This document shows positions 58,464 to 64,000 of a stretch of 64,000 nucleotides of DNA, piece after piece. Origin of the DNA: a bacterium. GTDB taxonomy: Bacteria; Patescibacteriota; UBA1384; CAILIB01. The notes beneath the pieces are model-generated. The model saw only the letters and a program-made list of their open reading frames with translations, searched no databases and was not told the DNA's origin. Each line of letters starts with the position of its first letter. Position 1 is the first letter of the stretch. The position numbers and the translations under genes were made by a program. The stretch covers positions 765,465-829,464 of the forward strand of contig JBAXRQ010000001.1 in NCBI GenBank assembly GCA_037131105.1. Direction: 5' to 3'.

Positions 58464-60074
58464 ATGAAGCAACGGCAAATGGTAGTACCGACAACGCTGC
58501 CAACCTTTACGGCAGGTGGTAGTGGCAAGCAACAGCCAGACCATGCCTATTTTCAGGCACTGGCAGCATTTGCCACGGAACTGGGTATGGACCCCGCCAA
58601 GTTTAAGTTCAGGACCCAGAAAAGCAATGGCAGGTCCCCCGCTGGGTCTCCGGGCACCATTGTCAGGCCCGTCGGCGTGCGAGCGCATGCTATCGACTGG
58701 AGCTACCATCGCGCAGGCATGAAGGCCGACTTCAGAAGGTCATATATCGTCTGGAGTGAAGGTACGCCCTTGCCTACGATGGAAGAGCTTCAAGCGGCAG
58801 CCCTTCGGTTGAACGAGAGAGAGTTCCCCAAGGACTACCCGAAAGCTGATCAAGGGGCCGACGAGGACCATGAAGAAGCGAAGCCGGGTAGCTCCTTGAT
58901 GGTAACGCGAGGACACATCGTCGAGGCGATGAAGAAAGTCTCCTGTATCGGCCTCGACTGCTTCATAGCGTCGGATGCCGTGGTCGATGGAGTTAAGGAG
59001 CTGGCGCCAACCGGCAACACTGTTTCGAAAAAGGCCGTTAGCCGGATGCTCGAACAGGAAGCCAGCCAGCAATCTCCCTTGTGGGAGCGCTATCTGACCA
59101 CCTATTTTTGGAGGCTGTGCAGTACCGAGCACCTTCCAATCATCGGCGTCGCAGATGTTGAACCGGCCCGAATCCTGTTGGCCCAGCTTCACGACGAAGA
59201 GGAGACCGCCATCGCAGACCTTGAGGGCGGGGTAGATGAAGCTTTGCTGGCCCGTCTTTCCCACTGCGATCTGATACTGGAAGCAGGCGGAGAAGTCGTG
59301 GCACTAAGGAACGAGGCCATCTCCTTCCCTGACCCATTGGTACCGGTCAACGCTGTGAAGCACTGCTTCCAGCTCAGGGAGATCAAATCGGGGCCACAGG
59401 ATCCCGGGGAGCTCAGCCTGATCACCAAAGCCGTTATGGCCGCGGTGACACCTCACCTTTTGCAGGCTGGAAAGGCCGGAAGAGCTCTCCGCTATGACGA
59501 CCTTTTCACCTACCTTCCGACAGGGCGTGGAGCAGGGAAGATCAGCCGCGGCACCTGGCATAAGTCCCTCAAGACTCTTCACATTTCAGGTCTTCTGGTG
59601 AAAGCAGGTTTTGACGATTCGTACATCAAGTGGGCACTGCCAGAGAGCGTCTTGCAGGCATCAGCTGCAGCTCCTTCACCGGCTAGCGTTCCAACGACCC
59701 AGACGCCAGTAACAGCGGCACCGGCTCCCACTACACCGTCAGATCCGCTTGCTATGCTGAAGGCGATGAAGCCCTGGGTCGACCACTTGGATGCGCAAGA
59801 AGGCCAGGTGGCGAAGCTTGCCAAGCTCCAGGCTGCAGCTACAACGGCCAGGAGTTTGCATGGTGAGCTGGTCAGCCAGCTCGAAGCTCTCACTGCTAGG
59901 GTAGCAGCGAAGGCTGAAGAGGTCGCTTCGGCCTCCACGGCAGTTACGGAGCAGGAGCGGTCCATGACCGCCTCTGCCGAACCGGATCCTGGTAGTGAAC
60001 TGGGCAGGGCAAAGAGGCTGTACTCCATGTGGATCGAGATGCAGAACCTGCTGGCCGAAACGAATAGCCAGTAG
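58464..60074 (+). CDS. Hypothetical protein with P/T/A linker and coiled-coil C-terminus
   Basis: 536 aa; own promoter (TTGACA..TATAAC), SD GAGGAG, terminator at about 60105-60139. Confidence 0.6.
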   Translation: MKQRQMVVPTTLPTFTAGGSGKQQPDHAYFQALAAFATELGMDPAKFKFRTQKSNGRSPAGSPGTIVRPVGVRAHAIDWSYHRAGMKADFRRSYIVWSEGTPLPTMEELQAAALRLNEREFPKDYPKADQGADEDHEEAKPGSSLMVTRGHIVEAMKKVSCIGLDCFIASDAVVDGVKELAPTGNTVSKKAVSRMLEQEASQQSPLWERYLTTYFWRLCSTEHLPIIGVADVEPARILLAQLHDEEETAIADLEGGVDEALLARLSHCDLILEAGGEVVALRNEAISFPDPLVPVNAVKHCFQLREIKSGPQDPGELSLITKAVMAAVTPHLLQAGKAGRALRYDDLFTYLPTGRGAGKISRGTWHKSLKTLHISGLLVKAGFDDSYIKWALPESVLQASAAAPSPASVPTTQTPVTAAPAPTTPSDPLAMLKAMKPWVDHLDAQEGQVAKLAKLQAAATTARSLHGELVSQLEALTARVAAKAEEVASASTAVTEQERSMTASAEPDPGSELGRAKRLYSMWIEMQNLLAETNSQ

Positions 60075-60154
60075 AGATAGAATGAAAGGAGTTTGAAACC
60101 CCAAAAAGGGGCGCCCGCACATACGCGGCGCCCCTTTTTCTATTATCCGTGAAT

Positions 60155-61426
60155 TTAGGCAGTAGGCATCTTATCCAATGTCACCTTGATGTCGAGAGTG
60201 CTCTTGCCCCGCTGGACGTGCAGGGTTACCTGGTCGCCTGGCTGGTGCTTGCCAAGCAGTCCTGACAGGGAATTGTTCTGGTCTACTCGGTCACCATTCA
60301 CTTCGAGAATGATGTCATTGGCCTTGATACCTGCCTTGTCAGCCGGGCTTCCTGACACCACCGCCGCGCCGCCGGCGTCACCCGAGGTTACATAGGCTCC
60401 GTAGTTCACCGGCAGGCTGTACAGCTGCTGCAAGGCGTTGGTCACGGCCTGGTAGCGGACGCCAAGATACGGGCGAATGATCTGACCGGTCTTCAGGACG
60501 CTGTTGATAGCGGTCTTAACGCTGTCGATAGGGATGGCGAAGCCGACACCTATCGAGCCGCCGGTAGTACTGGCGATAGCGGTATTGATACCTACCACCT
60601 GGCCGGCAAGGTTCACCAGCGGGCCTCCAGAGTTTCCAGGGTTGATGGCTGCATCGGTCTGGATAAGGCCGGTAAGACTCTCCTGGGTTGAGCCGCCGCC
60701 TTCACTGCTGGCGCTGATATTGCGCCCCTTGGCTGAGACCACGCCGAGGGTTACCGAGTTACTGTATTCGCCCAAGGCATTACCGACGGCGATCACTGAC
60801 TGGCCTACCTGCAGGGTATCTGAGTCTCCCAGATCCACTACGGGCAGGTCCTTGGCAGTGATCTTCAGTATCGCTAGGTCGTCTCCGGGATCGGTAGCCT
60901 GTATGGTTGCGTCAAAGATACGCCCGTCACTGGTCACCACCTTATATGAAGAGGCGCCGGTAATAACATGCTTATTGGTGACGATGAGGCCATCCGAGGT
61001 AATGATAAAGCCGGTACCGCCCGCTACCTGTTGAGTAGAGACCTGGCCAAGGAAGTTTGAGACTTCCTGGCTGGTAGTGATGGAGACCACTGCTGGAGAC
61101 ACCTTCTTAGAAGCGTCGATCACTGCCGAGCTTTCCACCACGTTGATAGTCTCCTTGATAGGTACCGCCAGGCTGCCCCCGTCATTGATACCCAGCGTGT
61201 TCCTGACCCGGGAGACTACGGGATTGCGACTACTCGAAAGCAGCACAAAGCCACCAACTCCACCGACGGCTCCAACGACCAGCGTGAGCAGTACCAGTAA
61301 CACTAATAAGACCAGGCCAACTACCGGACGACGACGCACCGTCACCCGGCGGCGGGAAGGAGAGGTGGAGTAGGAGGCAGCTGCCTCAGCGTGCTCTTCG
61401 GTGACGGGGATCGGCTCATGGTCCAT
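60155..61426 (-). CDS. htrA: HtrA/DegP serine protease with PDZ domain
   Basis: TNKHV, DLAIL, QTDAAINPGNSGGPL, GSPADKAG. Confidence 0.93.
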   Translation of the reverse strand: MDHEPIPVTEEHAEAAASYSTSPSRRRVTVRRRPVVGLVLLVLLVLLTLVVGAVGGVGGFVLLSSSRNPVVSRVRNTLGINDGGSLAVPIKETINVVESSAVIDASKKVSPAVVSITTSQEVSNFLGQVSTQQVAGGTGFIITSDGLIVTNKHVITGASSYKVVTSDGRIFDATIQATDPGDDLAILKITAKDLPVVDLGDSDTLQVGQSVIAVGNALGEYSNSVTLGVVSAKGRNISASSEGGGSTQESLTGLIQTDAAINPGNSGGPLVNLAGQVVGINTAIASTTGGSIGVGFAIPIDSVKTAINSVLKTGQIIRPYLGVRYQAVTNALQQLYSLPVNYGAYVTSGDAGGAAVVSGSPADKAGIKANDIILEVNGDRVDQNNSLSGLLGKHQPGDQVTLHVQRGKSTLDIKVTLDKMPTA

Positions 61427-61500
61427 AGGGAAAGGTTAGGGTGTTCTTAGCTAGTATAGCACGGCATTTCTAAGAGAAAGCTGAAGATTCGCGGAACCCG

Positions 61501-63327
61501 TTAATAGGCGGGTGCCGACGAGTCAAAGTAGTAATCGGCGATTTTCTTAGGAGTCGTTCCGGCGGCAGTTGTTACAATATACAGCCCGTCCTCCCCGTCT
61601 CGGTGCACCGCAAATACCAGGTAGCGCCCGCTAGCATCCCAGACCGGCACCCACTGGTTGGAGACTACTCCCAGGGAAGTGAGCTGGGTCTCATTCTGGT
61701 TACTGGAGTCTACCGTATAGAGATTAGTCTTGCCATCGCGCAGGTCAACGAAGGCCCGGGTCTTTCCATCTGGCGAGAGCACGTAATGGCGACGACTGCT
61801 GGGCTGCAGCGTGATCTCAGTCTCAGCACCGGTGGCAATGACATCCTGGTAGCGGTGGGCGACCCCGGAAACCGTCGAGTCGTAGGCTATCGACTTACCA
61901 TCAGCTGTAAAGACCAGGGTGCTCATGGCCTCGGCCCGCTTGGCCAGGGTCTTTCTCTCCCCGGTAGCAATATTCAAAGTTTTTAGTACGTTCAAGTATG
62001 CCTTAGTGACTGTTGTAGTGGTGGTGCCGTCAGGTGCCGTAGTAGTGACCGACTGGTCCTCAGCGGTATTGACGTAATAGGCTACTGTAGAGCCGTCTGG
62101 TGAGAACACGAGACCGAAGGAAGGCTCTCCCAGATCAGTAATCGCACCCTTGGCAAGATTGTAGACGTGGTAGGTAGCTTTGGCATAGGTTACGTCAGTG
62201 AAGCCAGAATAGAAGAAGTAGCGACTATCTGGCGACCAGATGGGAGAAAACGACGTACTAATATCGTCACTCACTTTCTTGACGCCGCTGCCGTCCTGAG
62301 CAGCCACGTACAGCTTGGCCAGACCGGTCCCGTCGGAACCCTTCACCCCGTCTCGAGTAGAGGAGAAGGCAATAGTCTGGGTGTCAGGCGAAAGACTAGG
62401 TGCAAAATCCTCGGTCGCACCTACCGGAGTAACGAAGGACTGCTGCTGACTTCCGTCATAATTGGAACGGTAGAGTACTTTTTTACCACTGCGATTTGAA
62501 GTGAATATCACCTGTCCACTAGGAACCAGGGGAAGTTGGGCGGTCACCAGATCGGCAGCCTCCACCGTTCCGGTAAACTGCTTGTCAATGTAACCGGCCT
62601 TGCTCAGGCTTAACTTCACATCACCGGGCGCCACTTTGGCAAAGGAATAGGCTCCGCTCGGGTCAGTCTGAACCGTCTGGTTAGCCAAGGTCACCTGGAC
62701 GTTGGTTATAGCCTTACCACTTACGTAGTCCTGGACAAAACCCTTGACGGCATAGAGCTTGGCCGGCAGTTTCTTCAGAGTAAGGTAGACCAAGTCATTA
62801 TCCCCGCGGTGCAAGGACAGGGTCTCGACATCCTGCCCGTAACCGTCCTTGGTCACCTTGACCTGATAACTTCCGGCTACGGCGTTGACGGTCACTTTGC
62901 CGTTCTTGTCAGTAGCATAGTCCTTCCCGTCAACGGTTACGACTGCCCCCTCCACACCGTAGGTGCCGCCTTCACGAACCTCAAGGGCGACGGTGGCGGC
63001 ATTGTACCGGTCTAGCACCGGCACGTACAGACGGAAATACCAAACCACTACCCCGGCAAGAACCAGAGCCAACACAACCCCGCCCAGCCACTTCCAGATA
63101 CGCCGGCGCTTTTTTTTCTTAAGAGCGGCAGGGGAGTCGGCTTTGATTTTTTTAGCAGTAGGACGCTCCTCTACCTCGTCCTCGTCATCAGCTACTTCAT
63201 CCTCACCATCATCTTCGTCAGAATTCGACACCTCCTCCTCGTCCCCGAATTCCTCGGGATCGGTAGGGGAGTCAAGCTCGTCCTCGAGCTCCTCATCTTC
63301 TGTTGGGGTATGCTTGCGACGGAACAT
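61501..63327 (-). CDS. Membrane-anchored protein: acidic N-terminus, carboxypeptidase-regulatory-like domains, TolB-like (PD40) propeller
   Basis: D/E-rich stretch, TM, FTSNRSG, SPD repeats (LSPDT, WSPDS, FSPDG). Confidence 0.75.
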   Translation of the reverse strand: MFRRKHTPTEDEELEDELDSPTDPEEFGDEEEVSNSDEDDGEDEVADDEDEVEERPTAKKIKADSPAALKKKKRRRIWKWLGGVVLALVLAGVVVWYFRLYVPVLDRYNAATVALEVREGGTYGVEGAVVTVDGKDYATDKNGKVTVNAVAGSYQVKVTKDGYGQDVETLSLHRGDNDLVYLTLKKLPAKLYAVKGFVQDYVSGKAITNVQVTLANQTVQTDPSGAYSFAKVAPGDVKLSLSKAGYIDKQFTGTVEAADLVTAQLPLVPSGQVIFTSNRSGKKVLYRSNYDGSQQQSFVTPVGATEDFAPSLSPDTQTIAFSSTRDGVKGSDGTGLAKLYVAAQDGSGVKKVSDDISTSFSPIWSPDSRYFFYSGFTDVTYAKATYHVYNLAKGAITDLGEPSFGLVFSPDGSTVAYYVNTAEDQSVTTTAPDGTTTTTVTKAYLNVLKTLNIATGERKTLAKRAEAMSTLVFTADGKSIAYDSTVSGVAHRYQDVIATGAETEITLQPSSRRHYVLSPDGKTRAFVDLRDGKTNLYTVDSSNQNETQLTSLGVVSNQWVPVWDASGRYLVFAVHRDGEDGLYIVTTAAGTTPKKIADYYFDSSAPAY

Positions 63328-63392
63328 AGCTACGTTCTTATGGGTAGCCTTAGTATACGATTACCCCGCCTTTGCAACAAGGCTCGGATGCC

Positions 63393-64000
63393 TTACGCTA
63401 GAGCGTCTTGGACAAGTTGTTGGACTTTTTGAGGCTGGGCCTTGCCAGCAGCCTTCTTCATCACCTGTCCTACTATGAAGCCGAGTATCTTTTCATTGCC
63501 AGCCTTGTAATCCGCTACGGCCTTGGCCTGCTCTTCAAATACCGCAGCGATAGCTTCTTTCACGACCGATTCGTCATGCTGCTGCACAAGGCCTAGCTCA
63601 GCAATGGCACGGTCCAGCGTCTCACTGCCAAGCCGGCTGATGAGCGCCTCCATGTGCTCCTTGAGTTTTGAGAAGCTGATATCCCCGTTCCCCACTAGCT
63701 CCATAAGCTCCGTGAACTGCTCAGGGCTGAGGCCTTCTGACTGGGGAATATTGATGAGCCAGTTGGCGGTCTGCTTCACCGGCAGTCCCCGCTCCTGGTA
63801 GTCGCGGAGCTTGGCCAGCTTGGCCGGATCGTTCAGGAAGAGTTCCACGTCCGCTGCCACTATCCCCTCTTTCAGATACTGGCGACGCAGTTCGTTGGGC
63901 AGCTCAGGTACGGTCATATTGTCAGGATTCAGATCATCCTGCTCGAAGACGGCCAGCGGAGGTATGTCAGGCTCCGGGAAATACCGGTAATCCTTAGCGG
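63393..64000 (-). CDS. gatB: Asp/Glu-tRNA amidotransferase subunit B (3' part)
   Basis: DYRYFPEPDIPP at the window end; C-terminal YKAG.EK.LGF.VGQVMK...GKA.P. Confidence 0.93.
   Translation of the reverse strand, partial: AKDYRYFPEPDIPPLAVFEQDDLNPDNMTVPELPNELRRQYLKEGIVAADVELFLNDPAKLAKLRDYQERGLPVKQTANWLINIPQSEGLSPEQFTELMELVGNGDISFSKLKEHMEALISRLGSETLDRAIAELGLVQQHDESVVKEAIAAVFEEQAKAVADYKAGNEKILGFIVGQVMKKAAGKAQPQKVQQLVQDALA

Overview
This window looks like chromosome from a Candidate Phyla Radiation (Patescibacteria)-type bacterium. It uses the standard code (TGA is a stop) and has a 16S gene with a group I intron and no 23S behind it. The right half (about 30.3-64 kb) is mostly housekeeping (clpP, tig, pgk, tpiA, uvrC, proS, rseP, frr, tsf, rpsB, rpmE, prfA, prmC, htrA, gatB) interleaved with orphan ORFs. 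The left half is accessory and holds two notable systems. (1) A TrmB regulator sits divergent from an unannotated 35-aa peptide with three NSPIKPQ[V/I]P repeats, directly followed by a stand-alone YcaO enzyme: a candidate minimal RiPP system. (2) Two serine-recombinase islands lie in tandem at the 3' end of tRNA-Ala(TGC). The first carries a complete diversity-generating retroelement (TR, inverted avd, frame-split RT, two adenine-mutagenised target genes) joined to a VWA/MoxR AAA+ operon. The second carries a helicase-nuclease, putative defence cassette. Near the 16S gene there is a cluster of CCA-less, anticodon-aberrant tRNA-like genes, including an apparently circularly permuted tRNA, and an array of interrupted tRNA-Ile fragments. 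All calls are manual motif and sequence reading; no database searches were run.
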